Origin: Mytilus trossulus
Taxonomy: Eukaryota
Assembly (NCBI RefSeq): GCF_036588685.1
Contig: NC_086381.1
Span: 27,404,001 to 27,468,000, forward strand
Direction: 5' to 3'
Length of the DNA stretch: 64,000 nucleotides
This document shows, piece by piece, positions 47,301-59,363 of this stretch; the stretch's first letter is position 1; every line of letters begins with the position of its first letter. The position numbers and the translations under genes were made by a program. Under the pieces are notes generated by a model. That model worked only from the letters and a program-made list of their open reading frames with translations. It searched no databases and was not told where the DNA came from.

Positions 47301-50300
47301 ACTCCTATAACTACAAACAAGTATGACTGTTTCTTTTAATAGTGGGAATTATTCCATCAACCTTTCTACTTACAATCTGTTACACAGTGTGATATTATAT
47401 GGCTTCCCAATGGCTCTGCAATTTTATATCGGCAAAATATTTTTTAGATGTATGGAATTAAGTTTTACATCCAAGTTCAGATTTTTTTATCATGTTGATA
47501 CTACTTTTTCAGAATATTTACTAGTTGAGATTAAATTACTTAAATTGAATTTAGAGAATAAACACACTTATTTTCAAACTTGAAGGAAATAGATTTCACT
47601 CTTTGCTACAAGTGTTTTATGATAAATAACAACAACAAGGATAAACTGTGAAGTTTCTTTAAACATAGTTAACTCTCACTTTTATTATATCCCATTATTA
47701 CTTGTTCATGTAAATTAAAAGATGTAAGAAAAATATTTCAAAATGTTTTACTTTTAATTTAGAATCGGAACAAAAGCAACCAGGAGGAGGAAAAGTATCA
47801 CAAGCAAATGGTGAAATAATCAGTGGAGAGGTCATCCAACCATCAAAAGATGGAACAACAACCATCAAACAAGCAGATGGCAAAGTGGTTGTGATTCCAC
47901 CAGGTGTCACTGCTGTCAAACAGGAAGATGGCACAATTGTACAGGTTCCTGAGGGGAAAACGGCTGTCAAGCAGCCAGATGGCTCAGTTGTTGTGGTTCC
48001 ACAGGGCACTAAGATTGTTTATAAGAATACAACCAATACAGAATATATCACAAAGACAGAGTATGTGGAGAAAGAAGGGGAGGAACGACCATCTTCTGTG
48101 ATGGGACAAGCTTTACCTGTGGGACCAGGTGAGTAGGTTACAGTTGTTCGTTGGGGGTTTCTAGACAACAAAGACAAGTAAGCAAAAGAATAAGATGTTC
48201 AAAGAAAAAAATTGAGCCAAAATGGAATATATTATTTCTGCAGAATTAAATGCTTGATATATATACTTCAATAAAACCTAGATAGCTAATAATTTTCCAC
48301 TTCAAAAAATGAATAAATAGACCACTTTTGAGTTCATCCGTCACCGGAAAAAACTTGTCAATTATACACGCCTTTATGAAGTCATTTACCAGATAGAGGG
48401 GGTCGCCTGTATCCCTGCACTATTAACGTTCATCAAGTGTCTTAGTGATCGTCATTGTGCAGGATAAACTATAAATAATTGTTGTTCTGTAGGTACTTAA
48501 TGACAATTCCCTAATGACAGCAGTACTGATTGTCAATTTTGAGAATTTAATTTGCCGAATAATTCATACAATATAGAATTATAGTTTTCCAACCACTCGC
48601 TCAACATTGGAACGGAAGTGATGACGCCCCTAAACGCAAAAATGACGTTCACTAAAACCAGAGTTTTTGACGGAAATGCATCGAACACGAAAGTTGTCTA
48701 TTGACACATTAGTTTTTATTTTGTCTCAAAATTTCTTGAGGATTTATATTTCAAAAAATAATTGCATGTCTATGGTATAAATGTAATTACTGTAAATTAA
48801 GAAATTATTGTGAGGTGTTTTTCAATGCAAATAATGTGACTAGGCGAGTATCGCAAAACAAGCAAAAAGAACTTATATATATTTATTTAGAATTTCCTTA
48901 AAATGCATGGTGCTCTTTTTTTAAAAAATCACAATAATTTCTGAATTCACAGCTAGTAAGAACTGTTTAGAATTTAAAAAAAAAAATATCTCATTGACAA
49001 AAATGTATTCTTTTAGATGCAGGAGAAATGAAGATTATGACCATGGTAAGTTTATTCATTATGCTGCAAGTCATTTCTTAATTTATGGAAAGTTGTGGTG
49101 TTGTTTTTGCCTTCTATTTTTGTTGATACATCAGCTTTTTCTGTGAAAAATTGGATCTCACATAGCAAATATTTTTCAAAATGACTCCAGCTCAAACGAG
49201 GCAGCTTTTTTTCTCCATAAAATCCAAATTGGAAGCTCATGTATTTCCATTTGGCTTATCACAGAAAGGTCATGGGGGAACTGACATTAAACCCTGCCTT
49301 TACAAAACAAATGAAAGTAGTACATGTATTGTGTATTTTGTGCGATCTTGTAATTATTTTGACTTTGCTCATGTAGAAAATGTGTATTCAGGGTAAAATT
49401 GGGGTTTGAAATCAGCTGATTATTAATTTGTTGTCTAAATCAAAACACGTAGCAAATTCATGGGTAAAAAGCAGAGTTTTGGCTCAGAAAGGAAAGTCAG
49501 AGAACCACAAAAAAAAAAAGGATTAAAATTCTTTTGCAATGTATTTTGCCAAAAATGATTTGATTTTAACAGAATGTTATTGTTTATTTTTGGAAAATGT
49601 GTCTGTAAGTGGAAATTTGCAGGGAGAAGCATCACTTTTAGCAGGAAAACTAGTCTTCCACGTCAATAAAGATAGGAGTCAAATGTACCTGCCATAGGGA
49701 GTGTTGGTATATACAATCTTAGTGTTGGCAGGCTAGTGATTACTGTAGAATAACTACTTACACCACTCAGATTATGAGTTCCCTTAAAATGGATTATCTT
49801 AAAAGACCAACTTAGTCATTGCCTATGACTTAGATTTAATTCCACTTTAATTCTCTATCTTTTGTTAGTGTTGTTGTGTTACATGCAATATTGTGTATTA
49901 TAGAATCAGAACCTAGAGCCTGGAGCAGAGGAAGAAGTAACTGCTGTCATGATAGATGGTGTACCCATGTTAAACAACGATGAAGGTTTGGTGGCACCGA
50001 GTTCTTCTCCAACTCAAATTAACATGCAAGACCAAATTAAACACCAGCAGGAAGAGGCTTTAAAAAGGTAAGGAAATGAGGCGGTATTGTAGATAAAAAT
50101 ATAGAAACTGATGAGAAATTGAGTTTTTCTCCAACTGAAATGGATATGAAGTTACAACAGAAACAACCTTAAAAGCGGGATCAGACTTGTGAAAAGAACT
50201 CATTTTGCAATTTTACTGGTCTCTTCAAGTACATACAAAAAATAAAAGAATTAGATTAAATGCAGATTTTTTAACATTAAGGTAGTAGATCATCTCAAGC

Positions 50301-53300
50301 AGTTCTACAGACTTATATAGCTCTAATAATAATACACTAGGCCACACTTAAAAATATTTTGGTTTGCCCAAACCCTACCCAAAGGTTGAGACAGTGGGTA
50401 GGTAGGTAGGCACCTCCTTTTTTTTCAAAAAAAGAAATTGAAGTATCAGATGTTTATTTGTCTTCATGCCTATTTGATTAAAAAAAACTTCTTCAAATCA
50501 GGACATTAAAAGAATTTGAGTAGGCAGCTTTTGTCTGGGTAGGTAGCGTTTGGGCAAACAAACCTATTATTTATTATGGCCCTATTCAAGCATGGATATT
50601 GTGTGTTTTAAGAAATGTTATATATGAAGGTTGGTTGGCTTGGAATTTTTTTATGCAATTGTATTAAAACTTGAGTTGATGAGCTGTTAATAATATGATA
50701 AGATATATGGTATTACAAAATATACTTCAGATTACAAGAGTTGGAAAGACAGATGGTAGGAGGTGAACAGAGTGATAATGCAGAAATGAAAGAAAGAAGA
50801 AAAAATAGACAGCTGGTCGCAGATGAAAGGAAGGAAAGGCTTATGGGTAATTATTTGAACAGAAACCACAACTAAGCCACTATGACCTTCTTGTCATACT
50901 TGAATGACTTAGGTTATGTTTTATTTATAACTTTAATTTTCTCAGATACATGTAACTTTTATATCAGTTATATTTATTCAATCCTCTTTCAATTTGATGA
51001 TCTTTGTATCATATACATCTAATGCTTGAGTTGTTATTTGTGGTACTGATATATTTGTTTTTGTCAACAGAGGCCATAGCTAACATGGATGATGACTTTA
51101 TCATGTTGGAGATTTATGATGATACGCAGGCAGAGTTACAAGCTAAAAATAAAGTTTTAGAGAAGGAAAAAGACAAGGTATAATAAAAAATATATTACAT
51201 TTTATATATTAATATAAGAAGATGTGGCATGAGTGCCAACTCTCCATCCAAGTCATAAATTATAAAAGTTAACCATCATAGTTCAAAGTATGGCCTTTAA
51301 TACAGAGCTTTGGCTTACACCAACCAGCAAGCTATAAAGGGCCCCAAATTTGACTACAGTCCTCAACAAGAACGCTTGTCCGATTGTCCGGTACTAGAGG
51401 TAAAAAAGGTTGGACAAGTAAAAGCTATACTACCGGTAAGCTTGTCCGATGGGACAAGTAGAATCATTCTGCAGAAAATAAATTTTAATCCAACTTTGAT
51501 AAACAAAGTGTAATTCTTAACAAAAAAAGAAGAAAAGAAGATTTGTTTGACATCTTTCATTTTTAAACTGAAACTAATTGAAACTTTTTAAGACCCCTCA
51601 GACTTACAATCAATAATTTAAAACTGGTTCTTTGTCAAGTACTTTTAACAGGTAAAAAGCACACTTTTCTCGGAAACCAGTCTTACCATCCCGTTCAACC
51701 ATGCACTTTTTAGATAAGGTAACTTTAAAGGACAGTTCGTCACCAGCTCGGAAATGATTCGGCTCCAAGTTTAATAGACAGTTGGGCACCGTAGGAGACA
51801 TATTTCAGGGACATGATTAATAGACAGTTTGACAAGGCAGTAGACATTTCTGGACCAAGACAGACCAGAACCTATTTTCCTACCTTATTTTGTTGCTTTA
51901 TAATAATTAATACCAATGTCCATACCGTATTTTTTAAATAAGAATGAGGAAATTTATTGTTTATCATAAAAATCATCAAATCATGTTTGATCTTTATATA
52001 GCAAAAACAATACTTGCAATGCAGTTGATAATTTCTGTGTCATTTGGTCTTTTGTCTCATTGACAATCATACCTCAAATTCTTTTTATTGATTGCATTAA
52101 AATAAACTTTTTTCAACTTTAAAATAAAATAGGATAAAAATCCAATGAGTGTACATTTAGAGGCCAATCAGATGGTGCCTCATGTCAAAGTATGATGAGA
52201 CTTTAGCATTGATAAAAACTAGAACCTACTGTAAGTCCTATGATACAACTAAATTCAGTTGTTCATGACTCATATCTTTTAAAAGTATTTCAAAGGATAT
52301 AAATCAAATTCTGTTCAATTTTTTTTTAATTCATTTTGTTCCTTGAATCAACTTGAAATGCAAAAAGGTTATTATTAAGATTTATTTGGACAAGTTACAA
52401 TTTCATTCGGACAAGTAAGGTATGTACTTGTTCTACTGGACTGGACAAGTTATTGTAGAGGCCTGGACTAGTGTAAAACAAATCAGAAAACCTACAGTCT
52501 AGTCTAAATAAAAAACAAGAATCACTTATGAGCCACATCGACAAACAACAAGCACTGAACATCAAGTTCCTGTCTTAGGACAGGTGCAAACAAATTTACA
52601 TGTATTTTTCATTCTCTCTGATTTTATGTAACATATTTATCAAGAATTTATGTGACAACAACAGTGGTGAACTAACAGTAAGATTATCTATAAAAAAATA
52701 TTTGAGATATATGATGTAGATATTTGAAACTAAAATTCTTCATAAAAATTTGAACATATACAAACCATGAGAAAAGATAGGAACATAACATTTATTCCTC
52801 TATAACTCTGACATGGAACTTATATGTTGAAGTATAGTTTTAAAACTGGTTTGTTCTTAATTCCATTAGTGGTTTTCTCCAGGCACTTTGGCTTCCTCCA
52901 TCAATAAAAACTGACCGCCATGAAATAGTAGCTGAAAAGGGGTGCTTAAATGCTGTTAAAACACAGAAAATCAAAAAAACTTTATTTCTCATTTTTCAAT
53001 TTCCCTTGTCTTATATTTATTATTCCTAGTATACAAATTTTTGCACATAAAATATGTTATATCATTTCATCTACTATAACTGTAATACACATTTACATTC
53101 ATTTAAATTAGTTTTACTGTATTCTGATCGTTATGTTACTTTTCTGTAGATTGAATCATTAGAAAGAGATATTATAGACATACAGTCAGAGTTCCAATTT
53201 GAGAGAATAGATTATCTTGATACAATCCGAAAACAAGAAAGACAACTCTTACTATTGGAAGGATTGATAGACAAAATTCATCCTTGTTTGAGGAGGGATT

Positions 53301-56300
53301 GTAACTATGCAAATATTGATAAAGTTAAGAAGGAATGTAAATGGGATGAAGAAACTGGAAGATGGATATTTCCCAGGATGCAAATTAATAATACAGCACT
53401 TCCTGTTGCAGGTAATTATCCGATTTTTAAGTTTCTGTGACACATAGGTAATCATTAGAATTCCAAACATCATATACATTCCTTAAATTTCAATATTACA
53501 TATCATTACCCCAAGTCACATGCTAATTATTGATATATAACTCAAATACCATCCATATATATATGTAGAATGACAATTATTATCACAAGCGTTCACTCCA
53601 TACATACCATTTATAATCACAAAAGCTATGGTGCACATATAACATTGAATAACAGAAAAAAAATGAGAAATACAACATCCATTATCCGTTAACAATCTTT
53701 GAGTAAAGAGCAAATAGATAAAAGAAATATATGCTGTATCTTTTCTTTAAAAGTTTTCTATGTTTTAAAGTTGAATTGATTTTATTAATAGGAAATAGCA
53801 ATAGTGTAATGGATAGAAGAGGTAAACTTCAGAACTATTGTGCTGCTTGTAGTCATAAAAACTTTTACTTTCATTTACATGAGATTTATGTATAACTTTT
53901 ATGTGAAAGCAGGAGACAAAAAAAATAAATGTTTTAGGCTATATTATATATTTGATTACATGAAATCTAGATTTTCTATACTGAATGCTCAAAACATAAG
54001 AATTGGCCGTGAAGTGATTGCTACAAGGTCATTTGTGCCTCTTATTTTCATATTAATTAACAGAAAAACATGATTGTGAATGGTTTGTAAAATTCAAAGT
54101 TTGGTTCAAAAGTATAAAATAATTGAATGAAAGTAAAAGTTTTGATAACAAGTAGTATATGCTGGTGTTGTTGCTAGATATGTCTAACATTGTAATTGAT
54201 TATATTATAACATGGGTTTAAAGATCTAGCTCCTTTCTTCTGGTTCAAGGCTAACATCCAGGTCATCAGGAAAAGTTTATGTACTAGGTGTGAGAGATTT
54301 AATACAAAATTAGCCTAATTTTTATGATTTATTTCTTCCAAATCAAAAACCTATGTTCTGCTGCATTCTGGTTTTAAGGTTCAAAGGATGAATTACTATT
54401 TGAAAAATGTACTGAAGGAATTAATTTTAGTACTTCTCAGTATTATTATCATAAACTAGTGCAAAGTTAATGTTAAAAAGTATTTATCTAAATTGATCAT
54501 TTTAAGGGCTGACAAGTGTGATTTATAGGTCTTAATTTTGTAAACAAAAAATAATAAAAATCAGTATATTCTAACCCAGGTATATGTCTTAGATTATACA
54601 GGTATTATATTAACTTCTCATGTTCTCTCACTATAACCTGGTACCTACATTTTTCCCTCAGCCCATCATTAACAGAGATACAGTCTTCATGTTGTGTGTG
54701 TACATACTATATATTTTTTATGTTACATTTTTGTAGACTGAGTTAACTTTCAAGAATTTCACTTTAGAAAAATTACCAATTGCCAATTTGTGTTATCCAG
54801 TATCTTTAAAAACTGAAAATCATTTGTAATAAATTGATAAAAATATACACTTATAGACAATATCTTAATTTTTCCCCCCAAAACACACTAGACAATATAA
54901 GTTTTCAATATTTTCAACATTTCACATGTTATGCATGTTAAAACAAAGGATTTATTTATGCAAATATCTTTATATAAACAAGATTTTAAATTCATTTCTT
55001 ATGGAACTTTAATTTAAAAAGTAGCCTTTTACTTTTGCTTTCCAAAATTTGCATTATCTTACTTTTTTCCCCCATTCAATTGGCCTTTTAAAACATGTGT
55101 TTAAAAGATAAAAACAGTTTTCAGTGTACAAAGATAACTACTATAGATTCTTCTAAGTATATGTTTTATTTGTTAGATACTGAGTTCAGATCTGGACTAG
55201 AAAGACAAGGTATACAGTTGACAAGTTTCTTGTTTTCAGTTTTTTACTAAGCATGTTTATTTTAATTTTCAGGAATGCCAGGAATGCCCGAGCAAGGTCA
55301 TTTTAACTTTTCTATTTTGCTATATGTTTCTGAAAACTGTCTAGAATCTTTGTATAATCAATATTTATCAAGGGTGTTCTTGGGTATATAGAAGTGTACA
55401 AGTGTGTTTACAATTTTCTCTTGCACTGACCTATTACTTTTGCATTTATTGTTTTGGAAGGGAGAGTATTTGTTTACTAAACATTTTTTTCTGAGACGGA
55501 AAATAATCCTCAAGAAATTACTTTTGGACTTATGTGATAACTGAATGCAACGCTGGCTTTTTGGTGGGGGTTGTTTTGCTCTGTAGTTTTCTATTTATTT
55601 TTGTTTTGATTTTTTTTTTATCTTTTCCCCATTATTATTTTGTTGTCATAGTGCTGTTAGTTGATTGTTTTCAATGACCTGTTGGAACCCTCTCCCTCTT
55701 TTTATAAAGAAGTACTTATTAACTACTGTTTCAGTAGCATCCTTGAATTGCATGATAAGGACATGAGACCACTCTCCACCTGAGACCCCAACGAAAAGGA
55801 GGATAATTGAAATATCTATAGGTTGTTGTATACCCTTCAACAATGAGAAAACCCATGCTGTATAGTAAGCTATAAATTGCCCCAAGGTTAAAAAAATGTA
55901 AAACAATTGATTTCTGCTAAAAGATTAAACATAAAAATTATGGCACACCCAACAACAACAACTAAATTACATGTTCCTGATTTGAGACATTCACATTATT
56001 TCTGCTTAAATATAAACCAGATTTTTGTCAATGCTATAATATCAATAAGTACTCCTCTAAAGGATCCATTGTAAAGATGTAATAAACAGTTTTCTAACAT
56101 TTTTGTATACTCAGGCAAATTATTATGATAGAAAATTGTATATAACTTATTTAACTGTATATGGAGATATATCTTATAGAATTTTCTCTCGCACTACCTG
56201 TTTACATGAAATGATATTTTCCATTAAACTGAATTTGAGAAATAAAAGCATTTCTTGAAAGTCATTTCATTTCAGTAAAGTATATATGTTTTCCTTACCG

Positions 56301-58214
56301 TTCTGTTGACACATTCAGATTTTTTACTTTTATTTTATTTGGAATATAAAATAATTGAGATGTTTTTTTTGTAGCAGAAATTGCGTTTATTGAAAATAAT
56401 GTCTTAGAGATTTCTTTAAAATATAGTTCTTCAATTATTTTTTTTTACTGTAAATGTTATGTTTCAGAAAAATTGTGTTAAATCATCTTGAATACTTGAG
56501 CAATGAACTAAAGTTTCATAACACCATGAATTATTGAGAGTTTTACTGTATAAATAAACTTCCTTGTTCTACAGAGGGTGTTATGCCAGGAGGAAGGGTC
56601 AGTAACAACACACATGGCAGACCACGACCTGTAACTAATGGGGAGGTCAATGCTAGTATCTATGACAACGAAGAGGACAGATATGCACAGGTCAGTAGTG
56701 TTTAGTATATGTTTCTTTTTTACCTTCGTTTTAGTTTTATCCTTGTCTGTGTACATCCGGACGTCTCAAAATTGGTTGCCTCAACCTAATATTTTATAAT
56801 TTATACATAATGCTTATTACCACAAAACACAAAACAATTTTGAATTTTGGTAGTGTCAATTTTACTTTTCAAGAGTTATGTCCCTTTACAAATGGAAAAT
56901 TGTTAATTTTTTTTGTTTCCATTCTCCTTCTTGTTTGCCACAACCAAATGATTTGAAACTTAAATATAATACTTATTTCCTCCAAACTCAGAACATGTTC
57001 TAATTTATAACTTTTATAGTTCTTTAGTAATGTCCTTTTATAACTTTATATGCAAGCAAGGGCCTCATCTTTGTCCCATGGACACATTCTCATTAATTTA
57101 TGTTGTATGAATATAGTAGTAGATTAGATTTGAGGTAAACATTAATGAGGCAGCAAAAAATATAGAAAAGATAAATATAAACATCTACAGCATTATGTTG
57201 TTTACATTTTTTTATTCAAAAGGTAGAATTTTATTTGCTTTCATATTTTCCAGAGTTTATACAACAAGCATGATTCATCATCAGACTATTTTGAGAACAA
57301 GAGAGTGAAAAAATATCTGAACCAGCCAATCAGTCGAACAAGTGAGTGATTAAATGTCTGAGCCAAGTTGTTATTGGTGGAAAAAATATAAAGTTTTAAA
57401 CCACTGGATTCAGATTATTTATTTATTAAATGCTGGCATAGTTTTATCGTAACAAAATTTTCTATTTGATGGACAAGGTCTTAGATATAGGAAAATGTGG
57501 TACGAGTTCCTATTGTTTATATTGCTCACCCTATGTTAAGTTTTCAGTGCCCTGTGTCATACTTCTGGTTTCTTTTTAGTAGTACCTCACACCATCAATA
57601 AACTATAAGTAACCTCTTATAATTAAAACCTGAGATGGTAGATTCCTGCATCCAATCAGAAGCTAAGAAAACCGTCTATTGACCATATTAAACTTTAAGT
57701 AAAAAAATCGTGAGTAAGATAAAAAAAAACAAACAGATGTTTAAATTCAATTATTGTACCACAAAGCAAATCAAACTTTTGAAATTTCATTAGTTTAACT
57801 TGTAAGAATTGAACAACTTTTTTTGAATTTTTCTCAGTTCTTTCTACTGGACAAATAGCAAGTAAATATCAGTCAATCTTAGACCTTCCTTTCCACTGGA
57901 CAAATAGCAAGTAAATATCAGTCAATCTTAGACCTTCATTCCATGTATTATGAACCCAATTATTTCTTATAATTGCAGATATGTCTGAGGTAAAACAGAG
58001 TATTCAGAAGCAGGCTCCAATGCCAGTATCTAATGGTTTTGGTAAACATGACCAGATGAGCAGTGGTTTACGTGCTGCTGCTGTCCATGGTCAACTCATC
58101 AGTCAAGAGACCGATCAGTTAGTCCGTAAACCTACACGTCTGGAAACATTACAACCTATTGGTAATGGTGGCAGGAAAGGGAAGAAGAAAAGGAACGAAT
58201 TACAACCGTTATGA
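35164..58214 (+). CDS. KIF17: Kinesin-2 family homodimeric motor KIF17/OSM-3-like, spliced gene, 21 coding exons, up to ~997 aa
   Basis: Join of 35164-35397, 35999-36114, 36495-36664, 37198-37431, 37865-38248, 38611-38637, 40450-40508, 41020-41179, 43636-43674, 46003-46032, 47763-48128, 49017-49045, 49904-50067, 50731-50846, 51071-51177, 53150-53411, 55177-55209, 55273-55296, 56575-56690, 57254-57341, 57979-58214 = 2994 nt, in frame. N-terminal motor: P-loop GQTGCGKS, switch I NADSSRSH, switch [26 protein letters not shown]17-type stalk/tail motifs: [25 protein letters not shown]...[11 protein letters not shown]...WDEE, EEDRY, PTRLETL, basic KKKR near the C-terminus. Confidence 0.93.
35999..36114 (+). 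CDS. KIF17: KIF17 exon with P-loop
   Basis: [26 protein letters not shown]...RGVIP. Confidence 0.97.
36266..36389. repeat. 22-bp minisatellite (accttatgccaattaagagttt), ~5 copies
   Basis: Direct tandem repetition visible in KIF17 intron. Confidence 0.9.
36495..36664 (+). CDS. KIF17: KIF17 motor exon
   Basis: TFDHIFE...[15 protein letters not shown]...HPDKGVYVN. Confidence 0.97.
37198..37431 (+). CDS. KIF17: KIF17 motor exon (switch I/II)
   Basis: [11 protein letters not shown]...[17 protein letters not shown]. Confidence 0.97.
37865..38248 (+). CDS. KIF17: KIF17 motor end, neck linker and neck coil
   Basis: [20 protein letters not shown]...[38 protein letters not shown]. Confidence 0.97.
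38611..38637 (+). CDS. KIF17: KIF17 27-nt micro-exon (DMNDDDDYD), phase 1-1
   Basis: taaccag acceptor, G|gtaagt donor, in frame. Confidence 0.7.
40235..40410. repeat. 84-bp tandem duplication
   Basis: Two copies starting 40235 and 40319, one mismatch. Confidence 0.9.
40450..40508 (+). CDS. KIF17: KIF17 stalk exon
   Basis: [19 protein letters not shown]; tttcag/gtatgg. Confidence 0.9.
41020..41179 (+). CDS. KIF17: KIF17 stalk coiled-coil exon
   Basis: [35 protein letters not shown]... Confidence 0.92.
43636..43674 (+). CDS. KIF17: KIF17 39-nt cassette exon ([12 protein letters not shown]), phase 1-1
   Basis: tgtag acceptor, gtgagt donor, purine-rich, in frame. Confidence 0.65.
46003..46032 (+). 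CDS. KIF17: KIF17 30-nt micro-exon (LSHPDLESL), phase 1-1
   Basis: tttttgttttaag acceptor, G|gtaagt donor, in frame. Confidence 0.7.
47763..48128 (+). CDS. KIF17: KIF17 366-nt stalk exon with internal 17-aa repeats, phase 1-1
   Basis: tttag acceptor, CAG|gtgagt donor, open frame matching ORF 47885-48136. Confidence 0.88.
48316..48702. mobile_element. MITE with imperfect TIRs
   Basis: aatagaccacttttgagttc..ccgtca / tgacgg..gaacacgaaagttgtctatt. Confidence 0.65.
49017..49045 (+). CDS. KIF17: KIF17 29-nt exon (AGEMKIMTM), phase 1-0
   Basis: ttttag/gtaagt; required to restore frame into 49904. Confidence 0.8.
49904..50067 (+). CDS. KIF17: KIF17 stalk exon
   Basis: [19 protein letters not shown]...QQEEALK; AG|gtaagg. 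Confidence 0.88.
50340..50581. mobile_element. PIF/Harbinger-like MITE, 3-bp TSD CTA
   Basis: ggcca...tggcc termini; subterminal gtttgcccaaac / gtttgggcaaac; cta at 50337-50339 and 50582-50584. Confidence 0.75.
50731..50846 (+). CDS. KIF17: KIF17 stalk exon
   Basis: [13 protein letters not shown]...KERRKNR (kinesin-2 VGGE motif). Confidence 0.93.
51071..51177 (+). CDS. KIF17: KIF17 stalk exon
   Basis: [35 protein letters not shown]. Confidence 0.92.
51357..52465. mobile_element. 1.1-kb non-autonomous DNA transposon, CAG...CTG termini, 5-bp TSD GACTA, nested in an older repeat
   Basis: cagtcctcaacaa / ttgtagaggcctg; gacta at 51352-51356 and 52466-52470; repeated (gg)acaagt/cttgtcc subterminal motifs. 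Confidence 0.8.
53150..53411 (+). CDS. KIF17: KIF17 stalk/tail exon
   Basis: [22 protein letters not shown]...[25 protein letters not shown]. Confidence 0.96.
55177..55209 (+). CDS. KIF17: KIF17 33-nt micro-exon ([10 protein letters not shown]), phase 1-1
   Basis: tttgttag acceptor, CAAG|gtatac donor, in frame. Confidence 0.6.
55273..55296 (+). CDS. KIF17: KIF17 24-nt micro-exon (MPGMPEQ), phase 1-1
   Basis: ttttcag acceptor, CAAG|gtcatt donor (weak), in frame. Confidence 0.5.
56575..56690 (+). CDS. KIF17: KIF17 tail exon
   Basis: GVMPGGRVS...[10 protein letters not shown]; ctacag/gtcagt. Confidence 0.9.
57254..57341 (+). CDS. KIF17: KIF17 tail exon
   Basis: [22 protein letters not shown]...; ttccag/gtgagt. 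Confidence 0.9.
57845..57938. repeat. 50-bp-period tandem duplication upstream of the last KIF17 exon
   Basis: actggacaaatagcaagtaaatatcagtcaatcttagaccttc twice. Confidence 0.85.
57979..58214 (+). CDS. KIF17: KIF17 last coding exon
   Basis: ...[29 protein letters not shown]. Confidence 0.93.
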
Positions 58215-59363
58215 TTACAACTTAAGTAGATACAAACTGGGTACTGATGCAATCAACCAAACAATTTATAAACTCTATTGTTACCAGCATAATACTAACT
58301 GTAGTAAATAATCCTATAGAATTAATGGTCAAAGTTATTGCAAATTATTATTGTGTTAAACAATATAAGTTATAAAGAGATGTATGAAACAATTGAACAA
58401 TATGATTCTTAAAAAAACATTTTTATGGATTTCAATTCTCTTTGGAATGGCACTTAATTTAATTATTTTTTTTATTATCCCATACAATGCAATACTTTTT
58501 ATCTCAAAGGATGATTTATAAACAAATTTTAATTAATTTAGCATTGAAAATATGAGAAAACTATTATTACTTTTCAAATTTACTATAATATGTGCAATCG
58601 AACTTTGTAAGGATTGGTAGATACTTAAATTACGTTTTTTACATCTTTGATTTGAGAATTACAGCAGTTTTAATCCATGTCAGTTTGGTAAAATCTGTTA
58701 ATTAAATCTGACTATCCAATACATAAACATCTGATATTTTTTACTTTACAGAAATATAATATTGATATTTTAAAATGTGTATGAAACATTATTGATTATT
58801 TTAAGCTATTTTTTAAATGCTGGTTAAGTATATTTGATATATTTCAGATTTTGGTAAAAATATCATAACCTCATATATTTTTATAATTAAGTGTAAAAAA
58901 AACAGTAAAACTTTCAAGTTTTTTTTAGATATTTTTAAAGAATCCAATCCTGGTATAAGCAAATATTGATGTAGATAAATTGTGTCTTCACTCGTGTACT
59001 GCAAATTTGTATTTTGTTTTTGTGAGTGATATCTTTATTTTTTGTTGCAACATATTCCTTAAAATTGCAAACAGCAAGTGCTTCTGTGATAAAAGTTGTA
59101 AAATCATATCATTAGAATGTTGTTTGAAACATTCCATTGATGTAAAAATATTGTTTGAGACTTTCCATTTATGTAAAAATAATGTTTTAGACATTCTGTA
59201 GAAAGCATTTGAAGTGCTTGAATTGTGTGACAATATTATCATTCATATTTTTATTTCTACTAAATTTACTTGCAATATAAATGTGATATTTTTTGTTAAA
59301 ATTTTCTTTTTGAAAATTCAAAATCGTAATAGAAAAAAAATCATTGAAATAAGAAAAAAAGAC

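Noticed and set aside
47698-48101. ORFs 47698-48009 (-) and 47904-48101 (+)
   Set aside because: Antisense and alternative-frame shadows of the KIF17 repeat exon
54224-54290. Exon-like stretch ([19 protein letters not shown]) in the KIF17 tail intron
   Set aside because: Poor acceptor and its phase does not fit the flanking phase-1 introns
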